The notes under the pieces were generated by a model, which was not told where the DNA came from, searched no databases, and worked only from the letters and a program-made list of their open reading frames with translations. The position numbers and the translations under genes were made by a program. Of a stretch of 64,000 bases of DNA, positions 1-10,890 are shown in pieces. Source of the DNA: Acidilobaceae archaeon (GTDB taxonomy: Archaea > Thermoproteota > Thermoprotei_A > Sulfolobales > Acidilobaceae); NCBI GenBank assembly GCA_038824665.1, contig JAWBBK010000001.1, positions 95,358 through 159,357 on the forward strand, given 5' to 3'. Within the stretch, counting starts at the first letter, position 1, and the number at the start of each line of letters is the position of its first letter.

Positions 1-993
1 AAGCCCATATCCGATGTGCTTCAACTCTTGAGACAGGAGTTTTCGATCACTGACAACATAAAGCTGAAGAGGACCAGACAAGCGGTTAAGAGAGCTCTTA
101 GCGGAGCCATAGAAAGACTTCAAATGATTCCGAAGACTCCTCCCAACGGTTTGGTAGTCTTCTGTGGAGAGAACATGAATACAGGAGACTTCATCTGTCT
201 CATCTTTTCTCCGCCAGAGAAAGTTCCAGTGTTTTATTATAGAACGGAGAAGGAGTTCATACTCTCGTTCTTAGAAGACATGATTGAAGAGAAGGAGGCA
301 GTAGGGATAATCATTGTAGAAAGAGACCAAGCTACTATAGGCTTGTTGAAAGGAGGCAAGATAGAAGTTCTCGAAGAGCTCGAAGGCTTCGTTCCTGGCA
401 AACACGAAAAGGGAGGACAGAGCCAGAGGAGATACGAAAGGATCATAGAGCAAATGGTAGACGACTTCTTTAAGAAGGTTGGAGAAGTAGCGAACAACAA
501 ATTCCTCCCGCTTCTTGAAAAGAACGTACTCAAAGCGGTGATAATAGCGGGTCCAGGTTACGCAAAACAGGACTTCATCAAAGGAGGCTATCTGGACTAT
601 AGGTTAGCTCAGCTAGTCTCTAAAGAGCTAGTAGACGTAGCTTACCAGAGCTACGAAGGACTCAAAGAGGCAGTGATGAAAGCAAAAGATGTGATACAGG
701 CTCAGCTCTACAGAGAGGCTGTGGAGACTCTTGAGGAGTTCAAGCTTCATCTAGTTCAGATGACAGGCATGTCTATTTACGGAGACAAAGAGGTCAAATT
801 AGCTCTTGAGATGGGGTCTGTGAAGACTCTCTTGATTCACGAGCTTAGAGAAGATAAAGACATTTGGAAACAGGAAGGCGAATCTAAAGGAGCTAAAGTG
901 GTGATAGTGCCAGCTGGCGTTCCTGAAGCTCAATGGTTTCTTGAGACTTTTGGAGGTCTAGCTGGCATTTTGAGGTACAAAATCCAATATTAG
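1..993 (+). CDS. prf1: Peptide chain release factor aRF1 (N-terminus cut off by window edge)
   Basis: The frame is open from base 1. GGQ motif present (KGGQSQRRYERI). A NIKS-like motif reads ITDNIKLKRTR near the start. Overall aRF1/eRF1 domain order. Confidence 0.9.
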   Translation, partial: KPISDVLQLLRQEFSITDNIKLKRTRQAVKRALSGAIERLQMIPKTPPNGLVVFCGENMNTGDFICLIFSPPEKVPVFYYRTEKEFILSFLEDMIEEKEAVGIIIVERDQATIGLLKGGKIEVLEELEGFVPGKHEKGGQSQRRYERIIEQMVDDFFKKVGEVANNKFLPLLEKNVLKAVIIAGPGYAKQDFIKGGYLDYRLAQLVSKELVDVAYQSYEGLKEAVMKAKDVIQAQLYREAVETLEEFKLHLVQMTGMSIYGDKEVKLALEMGSVKTLLIHELREDKDIWKQEGESKGAKVVIVPAGVPEAQWFLETFGGLAGILRYKIQY

Positions 994-1523
994 TCGTGAG
1001 ATAAGATCGTCCGGATCCTCTCGATCCCTCCTATCTCCTCTACGAACTCTGCGGTAGAAGGCGTCACAGCTTTCTTCCACGAGTCATCGCCTCTAGCTAT
1101 CTTGAGTCTGATGACTTCACCTCTCCACTCGTCTCTATTGAAGCTAGGAGGTACTATAGTTTTGAGACCAGCGTCTCTAGCCATTTTGGCTATGATCGGG
1201 TTTCTGGTCAAGATGGCTTCGACTTTAGGCACATATGAAAGCACATAGAACATGTTCCCAATGTTTATCTCCATGGTTCTGATAGTTGCTGTGACAGCTT
1301 TTTCTAGAGGGATCCTCTCGTCGTTTAACGAGAGCCTTATCATTTCTATTCTCTCACCGGCTGTAAAAGGATTTCTCGGAGTGTAGTTCTCAGAAGCCAT
1401 CCCAACGAGAAACACTATTTCTTCGAACCCGAGCTCATAAAGAGCCCACTTAGTTAAAGCCACATGGCCTAGATGAAAAGGCTGAAACCTCCCGAAGAGG
1501 AGAACTCTTCTAATCTTTTTCAT
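990..1523 (-). CDS. nadM: Nicotinamide-nucleotide adenylyltransferase (archaeal NMNAT)
   Basis: GRFQPFHLGH nucleotidyltransferase motif at the N-terminus; 177 aa, a typical size. Confidence 0.8.
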   Translation of the reverse strand: MKKIRRVLLFGRFQPFHLGHVALTKWALYELGFEEIVFLVGMASENYTPRNPFTAGERIEMIRLSLNDERIPLEKAVTATIRTMEINIGNMFYVLSYVPKVEAILTRNPIIAKMARDAGLKTIVPPSFNRDEWRGEVIRLKIARGDDSWKKAVTPSTAEFVEEIGGIERIRTILSHD

Positions 1524-1529
1524 AAAAAG

Positions 1530-2111
1530 TCACCACAAGAGCCAGATAAAAACGAGAAGCATTAGGAGCGATAGCCATAATCTTAAGTCTAGCGAAGCTA
1601 GCTTGTAGCCGTCGAGCGGCGGTATAGGTAGCAAGTTGAAAAACGCTAACCATAAGTTAACCTCAGCGACCTCTATAGCGATAACCCTTAGAGGATAGTT
1701 TAAGCTTTGAGAGACCAGTACTCCTAGAAGAGCTATGATTATGTTGCTTAAAGGTCCAGCCGCGATGGAGAACGCGTAACCCTTTCGAGAAGAGTGTCCA
1801 TAAACTCTTACATATCCTGGAGTGAGGATCCTTATGGGCAACAAAGCTGAGACCGCTGTGATCACAAGTCCTGGTATGTGAGCTACGAACTCTGAAGAGA
1901 GTCCATAGAGTCTAGCGACGTTGCGATGCATGAACTCATGGACTATGAAGCCCAACAGAACTCCTATCACAATTCCCAGCTTATGAGGTTCGAGCAAAGA
2001 CCAAGGACTTAACACTGAGGGTCCTAAGAAAGCTATGAGTATAGCCAATATCCCAGCTATCCACGAAGTAGGCTCGCGGATCTCTTGTTCCCATGCGTTC
2101 ACTCCTATCAC
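1530..2111 (-). CDS. Site-2 protease family (M50) integral membrane metalloprotease
   Basis: HEFMH (HExxH) sits inside a hydrophobic segment, NLLPIPPLDG motif is present, and there are multiple TM helices. Confidence 0.75.
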   Translation of the reverse strand: MIGVNAWEQEIREPTSWIAGILAILIAFLGPSVLSPWSLLEPHKLGIVIGVLLGFIVHEFMHRNVARLYGLSSEFVAHIPGLVITAVSALLPIRILTPGYVRVYGHSSRKGYAFSIAAGPLSNIIIALLGVLVSQSLNYPLRVIAIEVAEVNLWLAFFNLLPIPPLDGYKLASLDLRLWLSLLMLLVFIWLLW

Positions 2112-2135
2112 CTAGACATCTAGCGCTTCTATCGG

Positions 2136-2579
2136 TCAGCTTTCTGGAGCTTCGCCACAGAGTTCTAGAACTTCAGCATAAACCTTAACTAAAGCCGCTC
2201 TGACAGGAGCTATCAGGTCTTCTTCGCTCGAGTACTCTCTTAAGAGATTACTGACCTCATCTCTAAGCTTACAGGCATCCATTACAGCCGCTATGTTCTC
2301 GCTTCTGCTTAGATCGTCAATAAAAGCCTTGAGCTTGCTTATGAGCCCGCCTAGAGCGATCTTCCAAATTTTGAGTCGCATAGCTTCTACGTCCGGTTCC
2401 GCTAGTTTAGAGAGCCTTTTCTCTAAGTTCTCTAGCTTCTCGTAGTGTTTGATGAGGTAATCTAGAACTCCTTTGAGTTCCTCTATATCAGCTCCTGTCA
2501 TTTGCCCTCTGTCACGGAAGGGAAGCGAAAGGTAATAGATATCTTCGCGTATTGGATGGTGCGACAGCTGTTTTAACAT
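2136..2579 (-). CDS. Hypothetical helical protein
   Basis: 147-aa ORF in a tight gene array with no recognisable motif. Confidence 0.4.
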   Translation of the reverse strand: MLKQLSHHPIREDIYYLSLPFRDRGQMTGADIEELKGVLDYLIKHYEKLENLEKRLSKLAEPDVEAMRLKIWKIALGGLISKLKAFIDDLSRSENIAAVMDACKLRDEVSNLLREYSSEEDLIAPVRAALVKVYAEVLELCGEAPES

Positions 2580-2716
2580 GTTTCTTGCGTCAACATAAGA
2601 CGCTAGAGAGCGAAACGAGATAGAGGGAATACACTTTGGAACTCGAGGACGGAAACTCCTAGCAAAATCTAAAGACTTAGAGTGAGGAACGAAGCTAGCG
2701 GTAAAGGGCTGTAGGG

Positions 2717-5080
2717 GTGTTTGAGGTCTTGAAAAAACAAAGAGAACTGCTAGACAGACTTTTGACAGTAGCTCGAGAGAAGTGGTACGTGTTCAGCTTC
2801 CTGCTCTTAATCGCCTTAGTAGCTGGAGGAGCTTATTTGAGGTTGCTTCCAGCGATCAACTACGGTCTCGAGCTAGACGAAGCAGATCCCTTCATAATGT
2901 ACTACATAGCTAAACACTTTCACGAAAGAGGCTTGTTCTCTTTTAGCGAACTTGAAAAACAGGACCTCTTTTGGTATCCCATAGGGAGAGACTTACTTAG
3001 AGGAGAGTACATAGGAGTTGGATGGTTGGCAGCAGCCACATATCGTTTAATCTCCTTAACGTTCGATATAACTTTGCGCGAATGGGTAGCTCTTCAGCCA
3101 GTGATAGTGTATGTGCTTACATGCATAATAATGTATGTCCTAGTGTTGAGACTTACTGGATCTCATAGCGGAGCACTTGTAGCCGTGGCTTTTTGTTCGC
3201 TGATCCCTTCAGCGCTTTCTAGAACGACTGTAGGCTTCGTGGAGAAGATGACCATAGCTTTTATGCCCATAGCGTTACACTATCTTTTGCTTTACGAAGC
3301 TCTAATTGCTAAGTCTTTGATCCGTTCTCTCGCTTTCGCTGGACTGGCTGGACTCGTTGGCGGCTCTGTGGCCTTCATATGGGGCGGCTATCACTACGTA
3401 GCTGTCTCGCTAGCGCTCGTTATCCTCTTAGACTTCCTAGTTTATGAATCTCCTAGCGGGAAACGAGCTCTAGCTTATGGGATCGCTTTAGGCTTCATGG
3501 CTTTAGCTATCTCTGTCTCTCCTGCAGTGACGCTAGCGTATTTCGTTAAAGGGTTAGGTCTAGCTCCTCTAGCTTCGTTTGTCATGTACTTGACCGTTCT
3601 AGCGTGGAAGACCTTAGGTCTGGACGAGAAGCTGTTTCCTTACACAAGGCTTCAACATCTATGGCTTATGACTTCAGCAGTTGTACTCGCAGTCCTCATG
3701 ATCTATTTAGGAGTTTTAGAAGTTCCTGGAAGAATTCTCTTAGCTCTAGGGATAAGAGGTTTTAGCCCTTTAGCTGAAAGCGTTAGCGAACATCAGCCTC
3801 TAGGATTTCAAACCGTTTTGTTAGAACTAGGTCTTCCGATGTTTTTCGTTTCAATTGGACTGTTTCATATAGCTAGAGCTTCCTATTTAAGGAGAGGAGG
3901 TCCTTCCGAGCACGTAGAGCTAGTCTTGAACCTAATGGCTTTAATGATGATCTATGCTAGCGCTAACATGTCCTATTTCCTCCAAACAGCGGTCTTCTAC
4001 GCTTCTTTAGCTTCGGGCGCTTCTGTAGGCGTCTTGATAAAGGCCTATTTGTTCCCTGCTGAGGAGGTGTCGACAAGACGTGTGAAAGCTAAGAGTAGCT
4101 CTCCGTATTCCGACTTAAAGCTTACAATAACCATTGCCTTCACGACTCTGCTCATACTTTACTTAGCCTATAGCGCTCACGTTGGATATGGGGTCAACAG
4201 TCTCAGAGCTCCTCAGATACTCACCTCAGGACTTAGCCCTCTCGCTATTGGCGAAAAGACTGTGGTGCCTCTCAATAAGGCTTGGATCTGGACTCTCGAG
4301 TACTTAAAGTACAACACCTCAAGAGATGATGTCATAGTCAGCTGGTGGGACTATGGTTATTGGATCTCTGTTGACGCGAACAGAAGGACTATAGCTGACG
4401 GCTCGACATGGAATGAGACTCACATCAGGTTGTTGGCCAACGTGCTGACAGGCTCTGAAGAAGAGGCAGTAGCGCTCATGAGACTTTTAGGTCTTCAACC
4501 AAACAAAACCTATCTGGTCTTCTACGAGGTCTTCATATTATACTCAGAAGAGTCTGGAGTGCTCCATTACGCTTTCTTGTTACCTAACGTGAGGAGCGAC
4601 AGAACTATGTACTACGTGGTTCACGGTCTTGCAGACTTTCCCAAATCATTTCAGATGTTGAAGATAGCCTATAGAGTAGACCCTGGAGTTCAAAGCTTCG
4701 TTGAGACAAACTATTACTCAATGACTCAAGGACCTAGAGGAACTAGCTATATGTTTCCAGGGCTTGCAGGAAGTCCTGCGAATAACGTAGAGCGGGTCAC
4801 ATCAACACTCCTTTACAAACTGGCTATGCATGGAGTCGCAGAGCTACCTGAAAAGTGTTTCGGGAGATGCGATTTTCTAAACAAAACGAGCTTTACCGTA
4901 CCTGCAGTTCTAGACCCAGCTACTGGCGCTCCTCACTTCATCTTCGTAGACCCTCCTCAAAGATTCGAACTTGAAGCAGTAGTTCTCGACGTGTTTTATG
5001 AAGTAAAGCAGGAAACTCATGTTGAGAGATACGCTGTTCTAGTCTTCATATATAAATGGGTAGAGCGAGGTTCGCGCTAA
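2717..5080 (+). CDS. aglB: Archaeal oligosaccharyltransferase AglB (STT3 family)
   Basis: WWDYGYWI (WWDYG) catalytic motif; an N-terminal domain with about 13 TM helices followed by a soluble C-terminal domain; GTG start. Confidence 0.9.
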   Translation: MFEVLKKQRELLDRLLTVAREKWYVFSFLLLIALVAGGAYLRLLPAINYGLELDEADPFIMYYIAKHFHERGLFSFSELEKQDLFWYPIGRDLLRGEYIGVGWLAAATYRLISLTFDITLREWVALQPVIVYVLTCIIMYVLVLRLTGSHSGALVAVAFCSLIPSALSRTTVGFVEKMTIAFMPIALHYLLLYEALIAKSLIRSLAFAGLAGLVGGSVAFIWGGYHYVAVSLALVILLDFLVYESPSGKRALAYGIALGFMALAISVSPAVTLAYFVKGLGLAPLASFVMYLTVLAWKTLGLDEKLFPYTRLQHLWLMTSAVVLAVLMIYLGVLEVPGRILLALGIRGFSPLAESVSEHQPLGFQTVLLELGLPMFFVSIGLFHIARASYLRRGGPSEHVELVLNLMALMMIYASANMSYFLQTAVFYASLASGASVGVLIKAYLFPAEEVSTRRVKAKSSSPYSDLKLTITIAFTTLLILYLAYSAHVGYGVNSLRAPQILTSGLSPLAIGEKTVVPLNKAWIWTLEYLKYNTSRDDVIVSWWDYGYWISVDANRRTIADGSTWNETHIRLLANVLTGSEEEAVALMRLLGLQPNKTYLVFYEVFILYSEESGVLHYAFLLPNVRSDRTMYYVVHGLADFPKSFQMLKIAYRVDPGVQSFVETNYYSMTQGPRGTSYMFPGLAGSPANNVERVTSTLLYKLAMHGVAELPEKCFGRCDFLNKTSFTVPAVLDPATGAPHFIFVDPPQRFELEAVVLDVFYEVKQETHVERYAVLVFIYKWVERGSR

Positions 5081-5108
5081 AAGGCTTCGCCATTAGGAAG
5101 GACTGTAG

Positions 5109-5585
5109 GTGTTAGACTTGTCAGTAGTTGCCGTAGGATCTGACGACTTGTATCCAGCAGCTAAAGCAGTAGTGGAATATCTCGCACAAAAAGGTTTTCA
5201 GATAAAGAAGTTCGGTTCTCTGGCTACAGGAAGACCTGAATCATGGGTTAAGGTAGCTCTAGAGGTAGCTGAAGCTGTCGCTCGAGGAGAAGCGAAGTGG
5301 GGAGTTCTAGTGTGCTATACAGGCACAGGAGTCTCAATAGCTGCCAATAAAGTCAAGGGCGTTAGAGCGGCTTTATGCAACGATCCGACTACTGCTCGAG
5401 GAGCCAGACTTTGGAACGACGCCAACGTGCTCTCTATGAGCGGAAGGTTGGTTACAGAGATCTTAGCTCGAGAAATCATAGACTCTTGGCTTTCAGTATC
5501 GAGTATAGATGAGTCTGAAAGAGAAAACATAGAGTATCTCAAACGATATGATGAGGAGAGATGCAAAGAGAGAGCTTCAGATTAG
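5109..5585 (+). CDS. RpiB/LacA/LacB-family sugar-phosphate isomerase
   Basis: CYTGTGVSIAANKVKGVRAAL and NDANVLSMSGR resemble RpiB core motifs. It lies between aglB and a flippase gene. Confidence 0.65.
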   Translation: MLDLSVVAVGSDDLYPAAKAVVEYLAQKGFQIKKFGSLATGRPESWVKVALEVAEAVARGEAKWGVLVCYTGTGVSIAANKVKGVRAALCNDPTTARGARLWNDANVLSMSGRLVTEILAREIIDSWLSVSSIDESERENIEYLKRYDEERCKERASD

Positions 5586-7120
5586 CGCAACTGTACTTCA
5601 AAGCAGGAACGTCTATAGCTTTGCTCAATTACGCTTCTATAGCGATAGCGACTTTCGGTAGCGTAGTTGCGGCAAGACTTCTCGGACCCGAGGGTTACGG
5701 TCTTATCGCTGTCTCTCTGTTCATCCCCTCTATAATGGTTTTGTTGGCAGGACTGAGTCTCGAGGGGGTTCTCAGTAGTAGCATAGCCTCTAGCGACGAT
5801 AACTCTCTTAGAAGAAGGCTTTTCTCTTCTGCTCTTCTCCTCGTTCTTATCTCATCGTTTCTTTTAGCGATCGCTCAAGCCTTAGCTTCTTCTTGGTTAG
5901 CGTCTCTACTTGGTAGAGAAGAGCTGTCTAGATACCTCTTGGTTCTTGCTCCCTACGTAGTAGGAGTCTCTTTGCTAAGTCTTTCCCAAGCAGCCTTTAA
6001 CGGACTAGAACTTTTTCATATATCTGCTTTTCTCACGCTGATATCTACAGCGACTCGTGTTCTGCTATCGCTCGTTCTGATTCTTTTAGGCTACGGGGTC
6101 TTCGGGTTTCTACTGGGTCAGTTGCTGTCCTATCTGCTGGTTGGTGTTTTAAGCGTTCTTCTGGTCTACAGAACCGTAAGTGGATTAGAACCTCCTAAAC
6201 TCTCACTTTTGTCGAACCTTCTGTCTAGGTCTTTTCCTCTCCACATTTCTAGCGTCATCTCTACAGCTATAAACAGCACGAAAACAGGGTTTCTCTACAG
6301 GACAGCTCTCGACTTTGAGATAGGCAATCTCGTTCTAGCCTCTAGGTTAACGATCCCGCTTAATCAGGTTGTGAACGCTTTTCAAACGGTAACGCTCGTA
6401 GTCTCTTCTCAGAGCGAGAACTCTCAGGCTTTAGCTCGCTTTACATCAATAGTGAGGTACGCTTCAATACCTTTGACGTTTCTTACAGGCTTTCTTCTGC
6501 TTTCTGTAGACCTCATTGTTTTCCTAATTTTTGGTCAACGTTTCTACACGACCTCTCTATACTTTTACTTCGTTGTAGCGCCTCTCTTCCTCTTCCCTCT
6601 AGGCTATCAGCTTGCTGACTCTTTTCTGATAGCCAAGGGGAGGACCTTAGAACTCTCTAGAGTATCGATGATAGTTGCGACCTTTTCTCTTTTCTTGACT
6701 CTCGGACTTACCTACATAGGCGGGGTCTTTGGGTTTCTAACAGCACAAATGACCTCATCAGTCTTAACGGCCTTACTGCAGGGCGTTATCGTCTGGAAAC
6801 GCGACTTCTCTACAATCTTTAGAGAAAACTTCAGACTCGTTACTCCCGCGCTCTCAGGAGTCATAATAGGCCTAGCAGTAAAGCTGATCCTACCTGGAGC
6901 TATCGGGACCTTGTTGTCTCTCTTGCTATATCTGCTTGTGTTTGCTTTAGCTCTCCCTCTGGTCGTCGAGAACTCAGACCTTTCCGGCTTGAAAGAAGTC
7001 CTAGAGGGATTCGGACCTCTAGGAGGTCTAGCGTCTAGAGCTTTGAGCGTTTATATCGCTCTGATCGAGGTCTTGTGGAGAACTCAACTTGAAGAACAAA
7101 CAAGAGGCCAAGAGAGGTAA
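5561..7120 (+). CDS. Polysaccharide/oligosaccharide flippase (MOP/Wzx-type) membrane protein
   Basis: 519 aa, highly hydrophobic with more than 10 predicted TM segments. Sits in a glycosylation cluster with aglB. Confidence 0.6.
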   Translation: MQRESFRLAQLYFKAGTSIALLNYASIAIATFGSVVAARLLGPEGYGLIAVSLFIPSIMVLLAGLSLEGVLSSSIASSDDNSLRRRLFSSALLLVLISSFLLAIAQALASSWLASLLGREELSRYLLVLAPYVVGVSLLSLSQAAFNGLELFHISAFLTLISTATRVLLSLVLILLGYGVFGFLLGQLLSYLLVGVLSVLLVYRTVSGLEPPKLSLLSNLLSRSFPLHISSVISTAINSTKTGFLYRTALDFEIGNLVLASRLTIPLNQVVNAFQTVTLVVSSQSENSQALARFTSIVRYASIPLTFLTGFLLLSVDLIVFLIFGQRFYTTSLYFYFVVAPLFLFPLGYQLADSFLIAKGRTLELSRVSMIVATFSLFLTLGLTYIGGVFGFLTAQMTSSVLTALLQGVIVWKRDFSTIFRENFRLVTPALSGVIIGLAVKLILPGAIGTLLSLLLYLLVFALALPLVVENSDLSGLKEVLEGFGPLGGLASRALSVYIALIEVLWRTQLEEQTRGQER

Positions 7121-8029
7121 CACTATCGTAGCGTCTCCGTAGACCACTACTTTCTCGCCCTTATCTTTCACTTTTCCCCAGCTCACTGCTTCTCTAGGTC
7201 GAGCTCCGCTTAGGCTTCCATCATACTCGATAGCTGTAGTTATGTAGACTACGTAGTCAAGCCCTCCTCTAAACTGCGCCCACCAGAGCACATGGTGCTT
7301 ACTGATACCTCCTCCTAATATCAAAGCGCAGGTCTTGCCTCTCCTGGTGAAGAATATCTCAGCAAGTCTCTCCATGTCTTTAAAGTAGTTTATAATAAAG
7401 TCTCCTCTTCTTCTGCTCCACTCTACGAAAAGAGCGGTTCCAAAAGCGCCATCGGGCCAGCCGGGAACGAAGACTTCGGTTCCAGCTTCATAAGCGCTTC
7501 TGAGTATGCTGTTCTCATCTTTTATCGTTTCGCCAGCTAGCTTGAGGAGTTCGAAGAGCGCCCACTCTCTCTTAATCTCGACAGCTTTCTCTACGAGTCT
7601 TCTTACGAATTTCTCAACTAGAGGCCCGTAGTCCTCGCTGGGTATGAATATGTTGCCTAGCCTATATAGACCTCTCTTCTTGAGTTCTGCATCATCTACT
7701 TCAAAAAAGCCTTTGAAGTATCTAGCTCCTTCGGACTTAGCTATGTCGTGATCTAGAGCTCCAGTAGTGGTGATCACTACATTGAAGGCTTTAGACGCAA
7801 CGAGTTGAGCTAAGATCCCTCTAAGTCCTGACGCTACCAGGTTTCCTGTGAATGCTAACGCCTTCACGTTGCTTTCTCTTAGTCCTCTCTCTAATACGTT
7901 GAGAGCTCTTGAAAGGTCGGCTGCAGAGAATCCATGTATTGACGAGTAAACTTTGAAGAGTTCACACGAGGTTGCGTTGAGCTCTACCTTTACGTCTTTG
8001 ACTAACTCAAACTCGTTCAACGCAGACAC
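7028..8029 (-). CDS. dys: Deoxyhypusine synthase
   Basis: Long colinear matches to eukaryotic/archaeal DHS: GNLVASGLR, ILGGGISKHH, DGSLSGARPREAVSWGK. Confidence 0.93.
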   Translation of the reverse strand: MSALNEFELVKDVKVELNATSCELFKVYSSIHGFSAADLSRALNVLERGLRESNVKALAFTGNLVASGLRGILAQLVASKAFNVVITTTGALDHDIAKSEGARYFKGFFEVDDAELKKRGLYRLGNIFIPSEDYGPLVEKFVRRLVEKAVEIKREWALFELLKLAGETIKDENSILRSAYEAGTEVFVPGWPDGAFGTALFVEWSRRRGDFIINYFKDMERLAEIFFTRRGKTCALILGGGISKHHVLWWAQFRGGLDYVVYITTAIEYDGSLSGARPREAVSWGKVKDKGEKVVVYGDATIVLPLLASCLFFKLSSPQDLDQSDINAQSSRR

Positions 8030-8107
8030 CCAGAAGATTTCTAACTTCAGGTTGATAGGCTAGACCGTATTTATTAGTGAGACGCCTGTCTAGAAGTAGG
8101 GGAGACC

Positions 8108-9943
8108 TTGAGCACTGGGACTAGGCTGAGACAGCCCATCGTAGTCGTGTTAGGTCATGTAGACCACGGCAAAACGAGTCTCTTAGACAAGATAAGGAAG
8201 ACAGCTATAGTTGCCAAGGAGGCAGGAGGTATAACTCAACACATAGGCGCTAGTATGGTTCCAGCAGACGTCATCGAGAGGATAGCGGAACCCCTTAAGC
8301 ACGTGATCCCCTTCAAGCTGACTATACCTGGGCTTCTCTTTATAGACACTCCTGGTCACGAACTCTTTTCAAACCTTAGGAGAAGAGGAGGTAGCGTAGC
8401 CGACATAGCGGTGCTCGTGATAGACATCATAGAGGGACCTAAGCCTCAAACCTATGAAGCTTTAGACCTTCTCCTCTCTAGAAGGACTCCGTTCGTTATA
8501 GCTTTGAACAAGATAGACCGTATACCCGGTTGGTCTTCTAATCCCGATAAGCCTTTTATTGAGAGCTTCCAAAAACAGTCAGAGAGCGTTAAGAAGGCTC
8601 TCGAAGACAGAGTTTATGATGTGGTCGGCAAGCTTTATGAAAAAGGAGTTCCTTCAGACGTTTTCATAAGAATTAAAGACTTCACAAAGAAGGTCGCCAT
8701 AGTTCCTCTCTCAGCTAGAACAGGCGAAGGGATCCCTGAGCTCTTAGCACTTCTCGCAGGTCTTACACAAACGTATATGCGTAACAGACTCGTGGTCACT
8801 GAAGGTCCGGCCAAAGGGGTAGTGCTTGAAGTGAAAGAGGTCGTAGGTCTAGGTCACGTCGTAGACGCAGTAATTTACGATGGGATCTTGAGGGTTGGCG
8901 ATAAGATCGTGGTCGGAGGTCTCTCAAAGCCTATAATCACTTCTGTGAGAGCTCTGCTGATGCCAAGACCTCTTCACGAGATCCGAAGTCGTGAAGCCAG
9001 ATTTGAGACGGTCAGCGAGGTCTCGGCCGCAGTAGGAGTTAGAATAGCGGCTGAAGGTCTTGAAGAGGCGATAGCCGGATCTCCTCTGCTAGCGGTTTGG
9101 GAAGACGCTCAGCTAGAAGCTACGATTAAAGAGGTAGAAAAGGAAATAGCCTCTATTAGAGTCAGAACTGAAAACGTAGGCGTTGTCGTTAAAGCAGACG
9201 CTCTTGGAAGCTTAGAGGCTATAGTAGAGGCTCTAAGAAGGCTCAACATTCCTGTGAGAATCGCAGACGTAGGTCCTGTAACCAAAAACGATGTTTTTGA
9301 TGCTAGTGTAACGGCTAAGATAGATAAGTACTTGGGTGTCATCATAGCCTTTAATGTCAAAGTTCTGCCAGAAGCAGAAGCTGAGGCACAAAGCCTAGGG
9401 ATCAAGATATTCAAAGGAAACATCATATACCAGGTTCTCGAAGACTTTCAGAAATGGATCGTAGAAGAGAAGAAAGCAGAGAGAGCTAGAGCTCTAGAGT
9501 CTCTAGTGAGACCTGGGAAGATGAGAATAATCCCAGGTTGTGTTTTTCGCAGAAGCGATCCAGCTATAGTCGGCGTAGAGGTGCTTTCAGGTGTGATAAA
9601 GCCTGGGTCTCCTGTAATGGATTCTGAAGGCAGACCTTTAGGAAAGATCATGACAATCAAGGATAGAGATAGAAGTCTTCAAGAGGCTAGAGCAGGAGCT
9701 AGAGTCGCAGTCTCCGTACAAGGCAAGATATTGATTGGAAGACATGTAGACGAAGGAGACGTTATGTATACTGACGTTCCTTTAGACCACGCTAAGAAGC
9801 TCGTTTTGGAGTTCGCCGACATGCTATCGCTAGATGAGCTGATGACTCTAAAAGAGATCGCAGAGGTTAAAACGAAAAGCGGAGACAGATCCTTCGCACT
9901 TATAGAGCTGAAAGTCAAGAGCTTGCTCAAAGGAGAGCCTTGA
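8108..9943 (+). CDS. infB: Translation initiation factor aIF5B (IF-2 homolog)
   Basis: GTPase motifs [13 protein letters not shown] and NKID; 611 aa with the aIF5B domain layout. Confidence 0.93.
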   Translation: MSTGTRLRQPIVVVLGHVDHGKTSLLDKIRKTAIVAKEAGGITQHIGASMVPADVIERIAEPLKHVIPFKLTIPGLLFIDTPGHELFSNLRRRGGSVADIAVLVIDIIEGPKPQTYEALDLLLSRRTPFVIALNKIDRIPGWSSNPDKPFIESFQKQSESVKKALEDRVYDVVGKLYEKGVPSDVFIRIKDFTKKVAIVPLSARTGEGIPELLALLAGLTQTYMRNRLVVTEGPAKGVVLEVKEVVGLGHVVDAVIYDGILRVGDKIVVGGLSKPIITSVRALLMPRPLHEIRSREARFETVSEVSAAVGVRIAAEGLEEAIAGSPLLAVWEDAQLEATIKEVEKEIASIRVRTENVGVVVKADALGSLEAIVEALRRLNIPVRIADVGPVTKNDVFDASVTAKIDKYLGVIIAFNVKVLPEAEAEAQSLGIKIFKGNIIYQVLEDFQKWIVEEKKAERARALESLVRPGKMRIIPGCVFRRSDPAIVGVEVLSGVIKPGSPVMDSEGRPLGKIMTIKDRDRSLQEARAGARVAVSVQGKILIGRHVDEGDVMYTDVPLDHAKKLVLEFADMLSLDELMTLKEIAEVKTKSGDRSFALIELKVKSLLKGEP

Positions 9944-10364
9944 GTTCTTCATCACTAAACAAGATCTTTGACTCATGAACGAACATCTCAGGAGAGTCAG
10001 AAGCGTGGATTAAGTTTTCGAGAATAGACAGACCGTAGTCACCTCTTATCGTACCGGGTTCGGCTTTTCTAGCGTCAGTAGAGCCTATCATTAACCTGAC
10101 TACAGATATAGCGGACTCTCCTTCCAGAATAGCCGCTACGACTGGACCGCTGGTTATGAACTCAACTAGCTCGTTGAAGAACGGCTTATATTTGTGTACC
10201 CTATAGAACTCTTCTGCTTGCTCTTTGGTCATTCTCAACATCTTCAGAGCGACTATCTTAAAACCTTTCTTCTCGAATCTAGACAAGATCTCTCCTACAA
10301 GAGATCTTCGGACAGCATCTGGCTTAATTACTATAAGGGTTCTCTCTACAGCCACGAGAAACAC
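9927..10364 (-). CDS. ndk: Nucleoside diphosphate kinase
   Basis: [19 protein letters not shown] and NLIHASD (catalytic His) motifs. Confidence 0.92.
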   Translation of the reverse strand: MFLVAVERTLIVIKPDAVRRSLVGEILSRFEKKGFKIVALKMLRMTKEQAEEFYRVHKYKPFFNELVEFITSGPVVAAILEGESAISVVRLMIGSTDARKAEPGTIRGDYGLSILENLIHASDSPEMFVHESKILFSDEELKALL

Positions 10365-10374
10365 CTCGTCTCTC

Positions 10375-10554
10375 TTAGCTCTTTTGGGCTTTGACGACCC
10401 AAGCTAGTTTAGATGCTTTTCGTCCCATAGAGAAGCTTTTTCTACACTTGCTACTACAGAACCAATAGATATCTCCTTTGTTTGTAACAAACATGAAGCC
10501 TGTGCCTGGCTCTATAGGTCTTTTACAGAAGCTACAGACCCTCTCCCTGGGCAA
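10375..10554 (-). CDS. rpl24e: 50S ribosomal protein L24e (not in the supplied ORF track, 59 aa, TTG start)
   Basis: Hand translation of the minus strand gives (M)[58 protein letters not shown]. This is the L24e zinc-ribbon signature. An in-frame stop lies 5 codons upstream of the TTG. Confidence 0.8.
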   Translation of the reverse strand: MPRERVCSFCKRPIEPGTGFMFVTNKGDIYWFCSSKCRKSFSMGRKASKLAWVVKAQKS

Positions 10555-10652
10555 CCTATTTGTCCCCTAGGCTCTCCGGATCAGAGCGTTATTAAATCTT
10601 AAAATAAGCTTAAATAGAGAGCCTCTAAACCTCCTTTAAGAGGCGAGTCCCA

Positions 10653-10886
10653 GTGAGCTCTAGCGGGAGTACAACGGAAGAGCTAGGCTATCCAGCTGAA
10701 GTTATCCAGATAATAGGAAGAACTGGAGTCACTGGAGAGGTCACTCAAGTAACGGTAAGGATCTTAGAGGGTAAAGACAAAGGCAGGATCTTGACAAGAA
10801 ACGTAATGGGAGCCGTTAGATTAGGAGATATCCTGATATTGAGAGAGACAGAGCGTGAAGCTAGAAAACTTACCGGAAAGAGGTAG
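10653..10886 (+). CDS. rps28e: 30S ribosomal protein S28e
   Basis: [24 protein letters not shown]...[28 protein letters not shown] is the S28e core. Confidence 0.9.
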   Translation: MSSSGSTTEELGYPAEVIQIIGRTGVTGEVTQVTVRILEGKDKGRILTRNVMGAVRLGDILILRETEREARKLTGKR

Positions 10887-10890
10887 CTCT

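Noticed and set aside
7028-7120. 93-bp convergent overlap of the flippase and deoxyhypusine synthase 3' ends
   Set aside because: The overlapping tails of both ORFs lack conserved motifs. This is probably an ordinary convergent overlap or slightly over-extended ORF ends, not a functional element.
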